Source of the DNA: a virus
Taxonomy: Duplodnaviria; Heunggongvirae; Uroviricota; Caudoviricetes
Direction: 5' to 3' (one strand)
Length of the DNA stretch: 64,000 bases
IMG/VR virus record: IMGVR_UViG_3300032893_000003
Location: 78,633-142,632 of that record
The notes beneath the pieces are model-generated. The model saw nothing but the letters and a program-made list of their open reading frames with translations, searched no databases and had not been told where the DNA came from. Both the position numbers and the translations under genes were made by a program. Position 1 is the first letter of the stretch; each line of letters begins with the position of its first letter. Shown piece after piece: positions 26,446 through 35,860 of this stretch.

Positions 26446-26793
26446 CTACGTAACAGCTTTTTCACTACTCGCCTCCTTAAGAACCTGCTCTCCTAACTTG
26501 ACCGTGTGCCTAGCCATATCGAGTTCATATTGCTGTGTACGGTGTAGCTTCGACACGGACTCAATAGCTTCAAGTTTTGCTACAAGCTTACGCGCAGCTT
26601 CTAAGGCATACCTGATAGCAGCTAATTTCTCTTCACGTGTGCTCATCTTTTTCCCCTCGTAAAATTTTCCGTATTCGTTTAGCCTCTCGCCTCGCCCAAT
26701 CGAAATCCTCTTGGGTCCAATATTCACGGCGCTCAGCTTTCTTTTGCTTTCGCTCAAGTTCTTCAGTAGATTGCTTGTCGACAAGGCGGTCAT
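26446..26793 (-). CDS. hypothetical coiled-coil protein
   Basis: 115-aa ORF. Confidence 0.4.
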   Translation of the reverse strand: MTALSTSNLLKNLSESKRKLSAVNIGPKRISIGRGERLNEYGKFYEGKKMSTREEKLAAIRYALEAARKLVAKLEAIESVSKLHRTQQYELDMARHTVKLGEQVLKEASSEKAVT

Positions 26794-27005
26794 GAAGTGA
26801 TTTCATGTCCAGGACATCCCGTCTCATAGCTAAAACCCTCGCACTCGCCAATGGGAATTAGCCGCTTACCTTCCCTTACATATTGTCGGAAAATCGACTT
26901 GCATTCCTCAACTGAAATCCCATTCTCTTTGGCAACGGATTTCCATTCTCGCGATTTCCAGTTTTTTAAAGCTCTCTCAACGGATTGGCAGAGATGATAT
27001 TTCAT
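26790..27005 (-). CDS. hypothetical protein
   Basis: 71-aa ORF. Confidence 0.4.
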   Translation of the reverse strand: MKYHLCQSVERALKNWKSREWKSVAKENGISVEECKSIFRQYVREGKRLIPIGECEGFSYETGCPGHEITS

Positions 27006-27253
27006 TCCGCCTCCTCCGCAAATTTAAGAAGTGCCCTCGCCAGTCTCCGTGCTTGTGCCTTCGATAAATGAGCCGTAGCGCTTATGTATTGCCCAGTCGC
27101 TTTATCAAACACGCCGTCGTTGCCGTCTTTGTCTTTTACAAACACCCAGCAGCGCGGAGCGCAGGCGCTAGAAGACATCTGCACTCGAATCGTGTTTTTA
27201 TACGTATCCTTAAACTCCGAGTAGATCGGAAAACCTCTGTTTGTCTTCTTCAT
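27002..27253 (-). CDS. hypothetical protein
   Basis: 83-aa ORF. Confidence 0.4.
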   Translation of the reverse strand: MKKTNRGFPIYSEFKDTYKNTIRVQMSSSACAPRCWVFVKDKDGNDGVFDKATGQYISATAHLSKAQARRLARALLKFAEEAE

Positions 27254-27486
27254 AGATACCCAAGCCTTTCAGCGCCTTTTTCCTTAAGCTCTTGTCGTAC
27301 AATCCTAGTCGGCGTGACGATGTGGAAACAACAAGTGTCTTCGCCTTTACCACGAACCATAAAGCCCATCTTTCTAAGTACTCTCTTAGGCACGTTCATC
27401 TCGATCTCGGTACGAAGTCCAACTTCAGTAATGGGGCGCATAACCATAAGATCTTCGCAAAATAACCAAACTTCAGGGCGCATCAT
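27250..27486 (-). CDS. hypothetical protein
   Basis: 78-aa ORF. Confidence 0.4.
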   Translation of the reverse strand: MMRPEVWLFCEDLMVMRPITEVGLRTEIEMNVPKRVLRKMGFMVRGKGEDTCCFHIVTPTRIVRQELKEKGAERLGYL

Positions 27487-27718
27487 TAATTACCTCCTCA
27501 GCGGGTTTTCTTTGCAGCGTATCAGTAAGTTTCTTATGTAAAGTCACTTCGAGAACTTCTTTCAAGTACGAAAGATCCTCGACAGCGCCGGCATTTAAAA
27601 AGATTCCCTGCCCTGTCTTATCAATGCCCAAGATGATGACGGCTGTCCCGCCCTCTAAGCGATCTACGTATCCGTGAAGGGTCTTTATGGATTCTGGTCC
27701 TATAATTGTTTGGCTCAT
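27473..27718 (-). CDS. hypothetical protein
   Basis: 81-aa ORF. Confidence 0.4.
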   Translation of the reverse strand: MSQTIIGPESIKTLHGYVDRLEGGTAVIILGIDKTGQGIFLNAGAVEDLSYLKEVLEVTLHKKLTDTLQRKPAEEVINDAP

Positions 27719-27735
27719 TTTTTCTCCTTTATGGT

Positions 27736-28506
27736 TTATAGTTTTAAATAACTCAAAGTCATCCCCGCATCTCGCTTTGACCTGTTGTAGTACCTAAAAC
27801 AGCTATCGTGCCAATGAGTACTCGGGTCTGTAACCTTCATCGGAATGTAGTTGTCAAAATACTCAGGCGGCGCTTGCATCAATACTTTCTTAGTTTGAAC
27901 GCGCGGATAACATGCAGCAATCCATGACGGACCGCTGTCCGGACCGATAAAAACACTTGCCTGTGCAATGAGTCCAACTAGACGCCAGACGTCGTCAGTT
28001 TTCCCCCTAAGATCCGCAGCACCAGGGACTGGAACATCGTCTTTTCCGCCAACTTGGATCATGGCATAGCCGTGATATTTTAGCTTAATGTGACGAATGA
28101 TTTCTTCGTTTAGAATCATCGCCTGATCGTACCCGCGCCAAGTATGAACAGCTTGAGTACCTGTCGTGTGCACGATGACGGTGCCGGATGATTCGCACTC
28201 CTCAAACTTATAAAGCCGCGGGTGCGCAAGGCTCACAGGCACACTAAGCATTAAGGCGTTTCGTTCAGCCAGGCTCGTGTAGATAGGACGACCTGGGTAC
28301 TTGATCTTATCTAGCGGGAACTTCCATAGATTTATAATCTCCTTAGGCTGTTCATTGCGAACAACATAAGGGTTGTGATCAAAGACCCACGCTTTATCTA
28401 CGTCGATCAGTTTTTTACCCGTTGCTTTAAAATAGTTCTCGGGCATTGATGTGAACTGGATCATGTCGCCGATGCCCGGGGCACCTTCAAGGGAAATTCC
28501 TAACAT
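27736..28506 (-). CDS. glycosyltransferase family 9 (heptosyltransferase)-like protein
   Basis: 256 aa. The C-terminal GGKDDVPVPGAADLRGKTDDVWRLVGLIAQASVFIGPDSGPSWIAA matches the GT9 motif (DL.GKT.L..L..LI..A.L.IGNDSGP.HLAAA). The N-terminus carries GIGDMIQF. Confidence 0.6.
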   Translation of the reverse strand: MLGISLEGAPGIGDMIQFTSMPENYFKATGKKLIDVDKAWVFDHNPYVVRNEQPKEIINLWKFPLDKIKYPGRPIYTSLAERNALMLSVPVSLAHPRLYKFEECESSGTVIVHTTGTQAVHTWRGYDQAMILNEEIIRHIKLKYHGYAMIQVGGKDDVPVPGAADLRGKTDDVWRLVGLIAQASVFIGPDSGPSWIAACYPRVQTKKVLMQAPPEYFDNYIPMKVTDPSTHWHDSCFRYYNRSKRDAGMTLSYLKL

Positions 28507-28509
28507 AAG

Positions 28510-28746
28510 CTACTCCAGACGCTTGCCGTCTTCGGGATTAACTTTTGCGGTTCCGATGGCTTTAGTTAGCCTAGCTAACCCCAATAAACGGGGATCATTA
28601 AAGTCCTCTAAGAGACCTACAGCTAGGTCTTTCATTGTGTTGAAGCCTACTAAATAGGCTTCTTCAACAGCTATTGTCTCGGTACCTTTAGGAATTACCG
28701 TCCAATTCTGGGCGTACTTGCGGGCTAAGTATTCGCAGGCTTTCAT
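28510..28746 (-). CDS. hypothetical protein
   Basis: 78-aa ORF lying between the nucleotidyltransferase-like and GT9-like genes. Confidence 0.45.
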   Translation of the reverse strand: MKACEYLARKYAQNWTVIPKGTETIAVEEAYLVGFNTMKDLAVGLLEDFNDPRLLGLARLTKAIGTAKVNPEDGKRLE

Positions 28747-28765
28747 ATAAATCTCCCTTATTTAC

Positions 28766-29203
28766 TTATACCTGAGTTTTCGGACCAATGGTCTTGGTCT
28801 CGAAGTCGCGGATAATAAGCTGTCTGAGGCGACTCGACGATACCGGATGCAGCCGCTCACAGTAGTGAATCTGAATGTCCTCTATATCCTTGCCGGTAAA
28901 AGGCTTATCTTCGTAATCAGATCCCAAGAAGCGGACAGCTGGCATGATGAGTAAAAGTAAATTTTTCAAGTCTTCTTCCGTTTCGTAAGGGATAACTTCG
29001 TCAACATAGCGACAAGCTTTAAGAGACAAATATCTTTCAGCCGCTGATTGAACGGGCTTATTCTTGCTAGGGCGCTCACGGCTAGGATCCACATGAAGAG
29101 CTGCGATTAAGTAGTCGCAATTTTCCTTGGCTTCTTTGAGCATTACGATGTGGCCGGCGTGTGGTCCTAGATCAAAGCATGAGGCGACAAATCCGATTTT
29201 CAT
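28766..29203 (-). CDS. cytidylyltransferase-like (H/T)xGH nucleotidyltransferase (TagD/HldE-domain-II-like; an NMN adenylyltransferase function is not excluded)
   Basis: 145 aa with the N-terminal GFVASCFDLGPHAGHIVMLKEA (FD...H.GH) and RYVDEVIP (compare TagD IRYVDEVIPE). Confidence 0.7.
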   Translation of the reverse strand: MKIGFVASCFDLGPHAGHIVMLKEAKENCDYLIAALHVDPSRERPSKNKPVQSAAERYLSLKACRYVDEVIPYETEEDLKNLLLLIMPAVRFLGSDYEDKPFTGKDIEDIQIHYCERLHPVSSSRLRQLIIRDFETKTIGPKTQV

Positions 29204-29379
29204 TTCGTAGCCTCCTTAACTTTTAAAGCCTCTTCAAGCTCCTGTATGCGAAGTTTTTGCTCCGTTCCTTTGCGGATAAGATGCTCGACTAAGTCTGCTA
29301 TAACGTGAAGCTGTTTGTCTGCCTGAGCGCGCAAGTAATCTGGCGCATAATATATCTGTGGTTGTGTCTCTGTTTCCAT
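29200..29379 (-). CDS. hypothetical coiled-coil protein
   Basis: The tool ORF 29200-29481 overlaps the TerC gene and a terminator. The in-frame ATG at 29379 (METETQ...) has a GGAG RBS and lies downstream of the terminator. Confidence 0.45.
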   Translation of the reverse strand: METETQPQIYYAPDYLRAQADKQLHVIADLVEHLIRKGTEQKLRIQELEEALKVKEATK

Positions 29380-29392
29380 AAATCTCCAAAAT

Positions 29393-29421
29393 AAAAAAAG
29401 GCGCGCCGTATTAGGGCGCGC
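29393..29421 (-). terminator. rho-independent terminator downstream of the TerC-like gene
   Basis: The stem GCGCGCC/GGCGCGC (7 bp) with a 7-nt loop is followed on the minus strand by TTTTTTT. Confidence 0.6.
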
Positions 29422-29426
29422 ATGGT

Positions 29427-30080
29427 TTAGGTAGAAACCTTTGCACTTACTTTTTTTGTAAATCCGTATCCAAAGCAGCATAAAAGAAAGGCATAAAAAG
29501 CTATCTCTGGAACTTTAAAATCAGTCAGACCTTCAATAAAGATCCGAACACCCGCGATAGTGATGAGCAAATAAGCCGCATCCTCAAGTCGCGGAAACGT
29601 CTGCATAAGGGTTGCAAAAAACCCTGCCGCAAGACGCATGGCGATGATACCGACGCAACCGCCTGCCACCATGATCCAATACACATCTGTTACAGTAACA
29701 GATGCGAGAACTGAATCAGCACTAAAAGCAATGTCAGTGATCTCAACCATGAAGACGATCTTCCAGAAATGAGCCGATACCGCTTTGGTATCGGCTTCAT
29801 CCCCCTCTGAGTCATCTCCCCAGACAAAATACTTAACTGCTAAATAAAGTAGGTAGGCAGCGCCGGCAAATCTCAGCCATTGATAGGTCAAAATTTGTTG
29901 CAGGAAGAAAAGAGCAATGATCCTAAAACCAACCGCTCCCCAAATACCATAGGTCAACGCCTTGCCGCGCCGACCACTTGGCAGATGTTTTACAATGCCC
30001 GCAATTGCAAGTGCGTTGTCCATCGACAAAGCCACTTCCAAGAACACAAGTAGTAACACCATAAAAAGCTGAGATGCCAT
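29427..30080 (-). CDS. TerC-family integral membrane protein
   Basis: 217 aa, multi-TM, with LEVALSMDNALAIAGIV matching the TerC family motif. ATG start with RBS AAGGAG. Confidence 0.7.
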   Translation of the reverse strand: MASQLFMVLLLVFLEVALSMDNALAIAGIVKHLPSGRRGKALTYGIWGAVGFRIIALFFLQQILTYQWLRFAGAAYLLYLAVKYFVWGDDSEGDEADTKAVSAHFWKIVFMVEITDIAFSADSVLASVTVTDVYWIMVAGGCVGIIAMRLAAGFFATLMQTFPRLEDAAYLLITIAGVRIFIEGLTDFKVPEIAFYAFLLCCFGYGFTKKVSAKVST

Positions 30081-30212
30081 TTGCTATTCTCCTTTTAAAC
30101 TTGTTTCGATGTCCTTCTCAACGCGCTTCTTCCAAAAAAGAAGCGCGTCTTTGAACCGGACAACGAACAGGGTACCAACGACCCCAACCGCTAATCCGAA
30201 AGTAAACATGAC

Positions 30213-30890
30213 TTATTCGTCCAGCGCTGCGATCATCGCGTCAATGAGAGTGACGTTTTCCAGATCATCGACGGTTTTAGCGTTCACGATGTCGAACTTC
30301 GCCCCTTCTTTTTCCAGATGGTCGTCAAGGCGCTTTAAATAAGCAGCGGCCTTGGCGCACTTGCCAACCTGAAGGAAAGAAATCCCAGCCTCATCGTCAT
30401 GGTCAAGTTGCTTTGTGAACTTAACGATTGACGATGCTACTGCATCTTCATTATCCGGCTCACCATCGGTGACACAGACAATCATGATGCCGTTTGGCTT
30501 GGCATTCTTGGCTTTTTTGTTAGCGACATAATCGTCGAAGCAGACTTGAAGCGCTGCTGCGAGATTCGTGCTTCCTGCTGGCCAGTTTTCCGCAAACACA
30601 TCCTTCACCTTGTCGGGTGTGGTGTTCGGGTACATTTTAGCCTGGCTAGAGAAGGGAACTACGGTGATGCCGTCGGGATCGAATTCGTTCAGCTTTTTAG
30701 CCAAAGCGATCGTCGATTCCTGGCAGTAGTCCCAACGAGACTTCCCGTTAGCCGTATCGGCCTCCTCCATCGAGCCCGACTTATCGATAACTACATAGTA
30801 GTCACGATTTTGCAGACGCGCGACGGCAGCTGCCTTTGCTGCGGCAGCTGCGCTTACCGGCGCTGTCGGCTGTTGTTGTGTTGTGTCCAT
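30213..30890 (-). CDS. von Willebrand factor A (vWA) domain protein, TerY-like
   Basis: Contains the MIDAS motif VVIDKSGSM followed by a vWA-like topology (VCVTDGEPD). The tool start at 30929 is TTG; the ATG at 30890 has a GGAG RBS. Confidence 0.7.
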   Translation of the reverse strand: MDTTQQQPTAPVSAAAAAKAAAVARLQNRDYYVVIDKSGSMEEADTANGKSRWDYCQESTIALAKKLNEFDPDGITVVPFSSQAKMYPNTTPDKVKDVFAENWPAGSTNLAAALQVCFDDYVANKKAKNAKPNGIMIVCVTDGEPDNEDAVASSIVKFTKQLDHDDEAGISFLQVGKCAKAAAYLKRLDDHLEKEGAKFDIVNAKTVDDLENVTLIDAMIAALDE

Positions 30891-31077
30891 TTGTGTCTCC
30901 TTTGTTATGGGTTGATGGACTTCGTTCAAATCTCTTCGTAAATATTTTCAAAACCGTGTGGTTCTCTTGTTATCTCAATAAAGACATCGCCGTACTTTGT
31001 CTTTATCTTCCACATATCCCACTGATCAAGCTCCTTCGTCACGTACCAACGAAGGAGCTTTTTAAATAACCAGAACT

Positions 31078-31572
31078 TCATTTGGTGTTCTCGTGAGGAC
31101 TGGGATCGACTACATTTAACTTAGCAAAATCACCAAATCTCTCTTTAGCGATTTTGTTATAAGCTAGTGCGGCCTCCTCTTCTGTATGGAAGCGGCCAAT
31201 AGTCGTATTTTTTCCAGATTCTTCGATGCCAGCTAGCCACCGCTTCCTGCGTTTGCCGTTACGGTCAAAACGAACGCCTTTGTATTTGCTTACAGTACCG
31301 GGCTGCTTCCTACTGTTTCTGACATTCTCTCTAGCGGTGCATATCCGTAGGTTAATACGTCGGTTGTCTAAAGGATTTCCGTTTATGTGGTCGACAGTCA
31401 TGCCTTTAGGACATTTAGTAATAATCCTGTGAAGAAACTCCCGAACACCATCAATCGTAACTCTAACGTAGCCGTCGTGTCGAACGTACAGGGACAATTC
31501 TTTAAATCTTTCGTAAAACTCAGCATCTACTATGACATAAGACGCTGAGTTTGCTGCTTTTAGTTTTCTCAT
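31078..31572 (-). CDS. HNH homing endonuclease with an AP2 DNA-binding domain
   Basis: Contains VDHINGNPLDNRRINLRICTARENVRN (HNH) and YKGVRFDRNGKRRKRWLAGIEESGKNTTIGRFHTEEEAALAYN (AP2). Confidence 0.75.
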   Translation of the reverse strand: MRKLKAANSASYVIVDAEFYERFKELSLYVRHDGYVRVTIDGVREFLHRIITKCPKGMTVDHINGNPLDNRRINLRICTARENVRNSRKQPGTVSKYKGVRFDRNGKRRKRWLAGIEESGKNTTIGRFHTEEEAALAYNKIAKERFGDFAKLNVVDPSPHENTK

Positions 31573-32393
31573 TTTGCCACTTTATCTAAGTTAAACAGAA
31601 ATCCATTCCCGCTACCGCCCACCACAGCAGGGGTGTGACCGTCCCACTTCTGCAGTGCTTCGTACTGCAGAAGTTGGGGCGTGATGCTGTTATTCTTCAG
31701 TCTGTTAGCCTCTGCTTCACCGCGAGCGACCGCAATCGCTTTCTCAGCCTGAGCTCTAGCTTGTGCTACCTCGTTTTCAAGTTGCAAAGCTTTCTGCGTT
31801 GCTTGGATCTTGGCGTTTAAAGAATCTTGCACAGCCTCGGGCAGGCGCATAGCGCCGACACTTGCGATGCTGATAACATGGATGCCGATCGGGTCTATTT
31901 GTGCGTTAACCGCTGCCGTTACTTTTGATAACAAATCACCCTTCTGCGATCCATAGATGTCTTCAACCTTCATCGTTCCGCCAATCGCGCTAAAAGCATT
32001 CCTCACCATATTGCGTAAAACAACGTTAGTGATTTCATCGATGCCTTTGCGATAAGTTGTAAAGATGTGCGCAACCTTCGCAGGGTCAATAATGTAGGAA
32101 ATGGCGATGTCAGTGTTTATCTGAAGACCGTCCTTATCCTGAAACGTCATGGATTCATCATGAGGAGAACCTTCATGAGGCGAAGCAGTCCAGACCCAGT
32201 TCTGCTGAAACGTTGGAAAGGTATAGAGGTCCACCGTCGGGGGAAGCCAGTAGTAGCCAACGCCCACAACCTCGCTATCAACCCCTTTTGAGCCACCCAT
32301 TGTATGGACCTTGACTCCCACATAACCTGCCGGAACTTTTGAGCATCCACAGGTACTAAGCAGCAGGCCTAGTAGGACCATTATCTTTTTCAT
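31569..32393 (-). CDS. SPFH/Band-7 (stomatin/flotillin-like) lipoprotein
   Basis: A lipobox signal MKKIMVLLGLLLSTCGCS is followed by the SPFH core and a coiled-coil tail (AQARAQAEKAIAVARGEAEANRL). Confidence 0.75.
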   Translation of the reverse strand: MKKIMVLLGLLLSTCGCSKVPAGYVGVKVHTMGGSKGVDSEVVGVGYYWLPPTVDLYTFPTFQQNWVWTASPHEGSPHDESMTFQDKDGLQINTDIAISYIIDPAKVAHIFTTYRKGIDEITNVVLRNMVRNAFSAIGGTMKVEDIYGSQKGDLLSKVTAAVNAQIDPIGIHVISIASVGAMRLPEAVQDSLNAKIQATQKALQLENEVAQARAQAEKAIAVARGEAEANRLKNNSITPQLLQYEALQKWDGHTPAVVGGSGNGFLFNLDKVAK

Positions 32394-32607
32394 TTGAATC
32401 TCCTTTGTTGTTTGGCTTATCGCAGCCAGTTATCTTTTTAACCATGAATCGCGTCATGAAATAAAATGTCGCGATAAAAATGGCATAGACAAGAATCAGG
32501 GCAATGTCGCTATCTTCGTCGAAGACAGCTGGCACTACCCACGCATAGAGAACCCAAGCGCCGACCGCGCTTAGGAAAATTGTGTCGAATATTTTTAACG
32601 CTTTCAT
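32356..32607 (-). CDS. small 2-TM membrane protein, NfeD-like partner candidate of the SPFH protein
   Basis: 83 aa with an ATG start and GGAGG RBS. It overlaps the SPFH start by 38 nt, a gene order typical of NfeD-SPFH operons. Confidence 0.4.
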   Translation of the reverse strand: MKALKIFDTIFLSAVGAWVLYAWVVPAVFDEDSDIALILVYAIFIATFYFMTRFMVKKITGCDKPNNKGDSNEKDNGPTRPAA

Positions 32608-32615
32608 CAGTCCTC

Positions 32616-34376
32616 CTAAATACTATTAATCACAAGTTCACTCAACGAACTATCAACCTTAGCCACAAAAATCTGTACGTCTTTCGGAAGCAGATCCACA
32701 TATTTGTCTACGAGGTCAGCATTATCAAAAAACATCCAGCTTGGCGGCTGCTTTGAAGCTTTACGCAAACTTTGGCAGAAAGCTAGGTCTACCTTCATGC
32801 GTCGACCGGAAGATAAACTTGGATAGAGGATGCCGCTACTTTTAACAGTTAACTCCCCGTCCTGAAATTCGACAACAACGCCAGGGACTTGTAAGGTCTC
32901 AAGCAGTGTCTTAGTTTCGATTTCTGGTAGCTTACGCAAAGCATTTTCAAGCTGTGCGCAGGAATCAACGTAGTGCTTCAACTCTAAATTAGACTTGGTT
33001 AGTAGCGCCTCTTGTGCCTTAAGATGCTCGAGCTGAGTTTCATGCCTTTTAACAGCATTGATATCGGTACTAAGCTCTAACTGTTCTTTTTGGAGTTCAG
33101 AGCGGTCGGTTGTAGGTTTTGATGGAGCCTGGGGCTTACTCGGGTTCATGGCTTTAAGCTTCTCATCGAACTCGTCCATTAGCTTATAAGTCCGCTCGTT
33201 CTCGCGTTCAATCTCGTTGATGCGCGCAACAGCTTTCCGATGGCTTTCCTCAAGCTTACTGATGGCCTCTTTTTGCGCTAAGATGTTTTCGTTAAGGGAG
33301 CGATTGTGCTTCTCAACAGCGCTTGCCTCTTTGTTGTATTCTGTAAGCATACGCTCGTATGCCTCCATGATCCGATTCAGATGGCTGCCGTCGATTTTCT
33401 GTCCACACTTGTCGCACTCAGCGCCTTCCTGAAGAGAAGCACCAGTTGGCTTCTTTGGAGCATTCGGAGGTGTCCTGAACTTTTGCTCAAGGGCGGCGAT
33501 CGTCTTGTTGAGATCAGCGATCTCCGTGTCAATAGTTTGAGTGTGCGTCTCCAGCTTATCCACTTCGTCAGTGGGTAGTATCTTCAGCTTTTGACGTTCT
33601 TTGCGATATTCCGCAAGCCTAGCTTCCTGACTTTCCCATCGCGCCAAGTCCCCGTTATATTTAGCAAGTATCTTGTCGTAGGTCGTATGCTCCTCAAGAG
33701 CCGCGTTAACTTCGTTAAGGCGAGCCTGGAAAGATTCTACATCTGCCACCGCAGCGCCAGCTAGTTGCTGTAACTGAGTGACAACGACCTTTAAAGCGCC
33801 CTCATTACTCGCCATCTTGTTTTGGGCTTGTCTTCTATCGCCCGCTATAGCGTCTGCATCAATCCTTGGATTTGTGAGCTTCACTTTAGCTGGAACCTGA
33901 AAACCCTGCGGCAATTGACCCATAAGAAGCGCGCGCCTATCTAATTGCGCAAGCTCTGCCATAACGGCTAATTTCTTCTCAGTCTTAAGTTCCATGAAGT
34001 AGCCAACATTCCAGCAGCTCATAAAGGCTTCAAGACTTGATTTCAAAAGGTTTTGCAGATCTGTCTGAGACATCGGAACCGGAGGCAAGTTCTGGCGGGC
34101 GAGCTTTAAAGCGCTCGTGGCTCCGCGGCGTTTCTTACGCATAATGGTAGACTTAGGTGTCGCGATTGCGACTTCCATCTCTTCGGCACCCTCAGTAATC
34201 AAATGATCTGGATTCTTTGTGCCCACTGCGTCTGTACCAAACCATGCAAAGGCTATCGCTTCTTTAATCGTGCTCTTACCGCATTCATTAGGACCGCGAA
34301 GGATGTTGATCCCAGGGAAGAATGAAAGTTCCCTTGTATGCCCTCTAAAGTTCACTAAACTGATTTTTCCGATCAT
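32616..34376 (-). CDS. Rad50/SbcC/T4-gp46-like SMC-type ATPase
   Basis: Carries Walker A GPNECGKSTIKEAIAFAWFG (compare T4 gp46 GRNGGGKSTMLEAITFGLFG), a long coiled-coil, the signature-like SSGRRMKVDLAFC and the Walker B MFFDNAD. The tool start at 34484 is GTG; I used the ATG at 34376 with a GGAGA RBS. Confidence 0.75.
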   Translation of the reverse strand: MIGKISLVNFRGHTRELSFFPGINILRGPNECGKSTIKEAIAFAWFGTDAVGTKNPDHLITEGAEEMEVAIATPKSTIMRKKRRGATSALKLARQNLPPVPMSQTDLQNLLKSSLEAFMSCWNVGYFMELKTEKKLAVMAELAQLDRRALLMGQLPQGFQVPAKVKLTNPRIDADAIAGDRRQAQNKMASNEGALKVVVTQLQQLAGAAVADVESFQARLNEVNAALEEHTTYDKILAKYNGDLARWESQEARLAEYRKERQKLKILPTDEVDKLETHTQTIDTEIADLNKTIAALEQKFRTPPNAPKKPTGASLQEGAECDKCGQKIDGSHLNRIMEAYERMLTEYNKEASAVEKHNRSLNENILAQKEAISKLEESHRKAVARINEIERENERTYKLMDEFDEKLKAMNPSKPQAPSKPTTDRSELQKEQLELSTDINAVKRHETQLEHLKAQEALLTKSNLELKHYVDSCAQLENALRKLPEIETKTLLETLQVPGVVVEFQDGELTVKSSGILYPSLSSGRRMKVDLAFCQSLRKASKQPPSWMFFDNADLVDKYVDLLPKDVQIFVAKVDSSLSELVINSI

Positions 34377-34839
34377 AGGTGAGTCTCCATTTGTTAAATA
34401 AATCTTTAGCGTTTGTCGCAACACAGAGTGGGCACTTTGGACTATCAAATGAATGCCATTCTTTGCCGACCATAAACTCTGCACCGCAATTATTGCACTT
34501 ATATCCTAGACCAGCCCATTTATGCCTCCAGCCCGCCGCCTGCCAATAGAGCAGTCTAAAGCCAGTAAGAAGGAGCCGAACCGCATGAACTAGCTGCGAG
34601 TTCTCGTGTCTTAAAGTTCCAATTTCATCTGTCATACGTTTTTGCACATGATGAAGTTTTTTAGTCTTCATAATACGCGCTTCAAGGTCAGCCACGCCCT
34701 GTTCCCGATCCAGTAAGTTTAGGACAAACTCGAAGTCATCCAACATTGGATTGGGAATAGGGACCGCTCTGACCCTTTGAAATTCAACCTTAATGGCATC
34801 AAGCCTGTCGCGCTCCTCTTTGGTCATTAATGGACCCAC
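34345..34839 (-). CDS. hypothetical protein with a C-terminal zinc-ribbon
   Basis: 164 aa with CNNCG...CPLC. Confidence 0.5.
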   Translation of the reverse strand: MGPLMTKEERDRLDAIKVEFQRVRAVPIPNPMLDDFEFVLNLLDREQGVADLEARIMKTKKLHHVQKRMTDEIGTLRHENSQLVHAVRLLLTGFRLLYWQAAGWRHKWAGLGYKCNNCGAEFMVGKEWHSFDSPKCPLCVATNAKDLFNKWRLTYDRKNQFSEL

Positions 34840-35438
34840 CGCCCCAAATAATCAAACATACTTTTTTGCTTCTCAGCAAAGTTGTGCTGTAAGAGAGCTA
34901 CAGAGTGATGAAGGGCGTCAGGAATCCCCATCGTCGTATTTTCGACATTTGCTATAGAGCAGCCGCGATCCGCGATGAGAGCTGTGCATGCGTCAAAAAT
35001 AACATAAGTCTGTTCGGAAAACTTCAGGTCCTTGTATTTAAGATCAGAAAAAAAGATATCGCGCGCTTGAGAGAAAACCTCCTGCAAATTTTTAGATGCT
35101 TCGAGTATTTCTTTATGCCGCTTTTCTGTCATCTCTTCGCTTTTAATGGGACCCGCGGGTGCCGCGGCACCTAAGACTTCCATAACGCTTTCTTTAGGCT
35201 TTTCCATGTTAGACCCCCCAGTCTGTGCCCCAGCTGTTTCTTGTAACGAAAGCCTGGATTGCATCTCTTTCACGTGTTGAATGGCACGTGCATAGTTGTG
35301 ACTCAGGTATCGAACCTGTGCTTTCAGGTCTTCGATCTCTTTGTCGGTTGCAGCTTCCGATGAAGCTGGTAAAGATCTCGTTTTTGCGGGCTGGGGAAGA
35401 AGCCATTGCATAAGCCATTGCTTGATCCGATTCATCAT
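34827..35438 (-). CDS. hypothetical protein
   Basis: 203-aa ORF. Confidence 0.5.
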   Translation of the reverse strand: MMNRIKQWLMQWLLPQPAKTRSLPASSEAATDKEIEDLKAQVRYLSHNYARAIQHVKEMQSRLSLQETAGAQTGGSNMEKPKESVMEVLGAAAPAGPIKSEEMTEKRHKEILEASKNLQEVFSQARDIFFSDLKYKDLKFSEQTYVIFDACTALIADRGCSIANVENTTMGIPDALHHSVALLQHNFAEKQKSMFDYLGRWVH

Positions 35439-35482
35439 ATGTCACCTCATTAATGGGGAATCCTAAAACTTCTGCAAGTTCT

Positions 35483-35860
35483 TCAAGGTTTCTTATCCGC
35501 GTCGCTCTTATCATGTTGATCCTCCATTTGCTTAACAATACTCTTAATCGTGATGTCGTACCAGTAGCTCCAGTTTGCCTTAATTTTTTCAAAGACAAAC
35601 TCTTTTGAAGCGGCCTTATCTTTTAAAAGCGATGCCATATATGTAGCCAAAAGCCCCACAGAGACTCCGGTAAAAATGTAGCCCGCGTCTTCAACTAAAG
35701 CCTCGTCTGGAATTTCGTTTGAAACACGGCACACGCATTCCTCGACCAAAGAACTTACTATCTTTTGTAGATTTTGAATGTGCTCTTGATGTTTCTTAGC
35801 AGCTGCCTTTAAACCCGTATTCATTAGGTTTTCTTTTTCCCAAAGTGCTTTTTCATCCAT
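35483..35860 (-). CDS. hypothetical protein
   Basis: 125-aa ORF. Confidence 0.5.
   Translation of the reverse strand: MDEKALWEKENLMNTGLKAAAKKHQEHIQNLQKIVSSLVEECVCRVSNEIPDEALVEDAGYIFTGVSVGLLATYMASLLKDKAASKEFVFEKIKANWSYWYDITIKSIVKQMEDQHDKSDADKKP

Noticed and set aside
32616-34376. SbcC-like ATPase plus HNH endonuclease as a Septu- or Lamassu-like defence system
   Set aside because: The ATPase motifs align best with the Rad50/T4 gp46 recombination ATPases. The HNH protein carries an AP2 domain typical of free-standing homing endonucleases and is separated from the ATPase by the NfeD/SPFH pair. I have kept this as an unexplained operon rather than a defence call.
35209-35598. ORF-track ORF of 129 aa
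   Set aside because: It overlaps 34827-35438 by 230 nt in another frame and its C-terminal half is compositionally non-protein-like, so it is a likely artefact. The same judgement applies to the antisense plus-strand ORFs inside the NAMPT, GT2, SbcC and primase genes, and to the minus-strand ORFs 63510-63836 and 63658-63897, which are antisense to the Gly/Met-rich gene.
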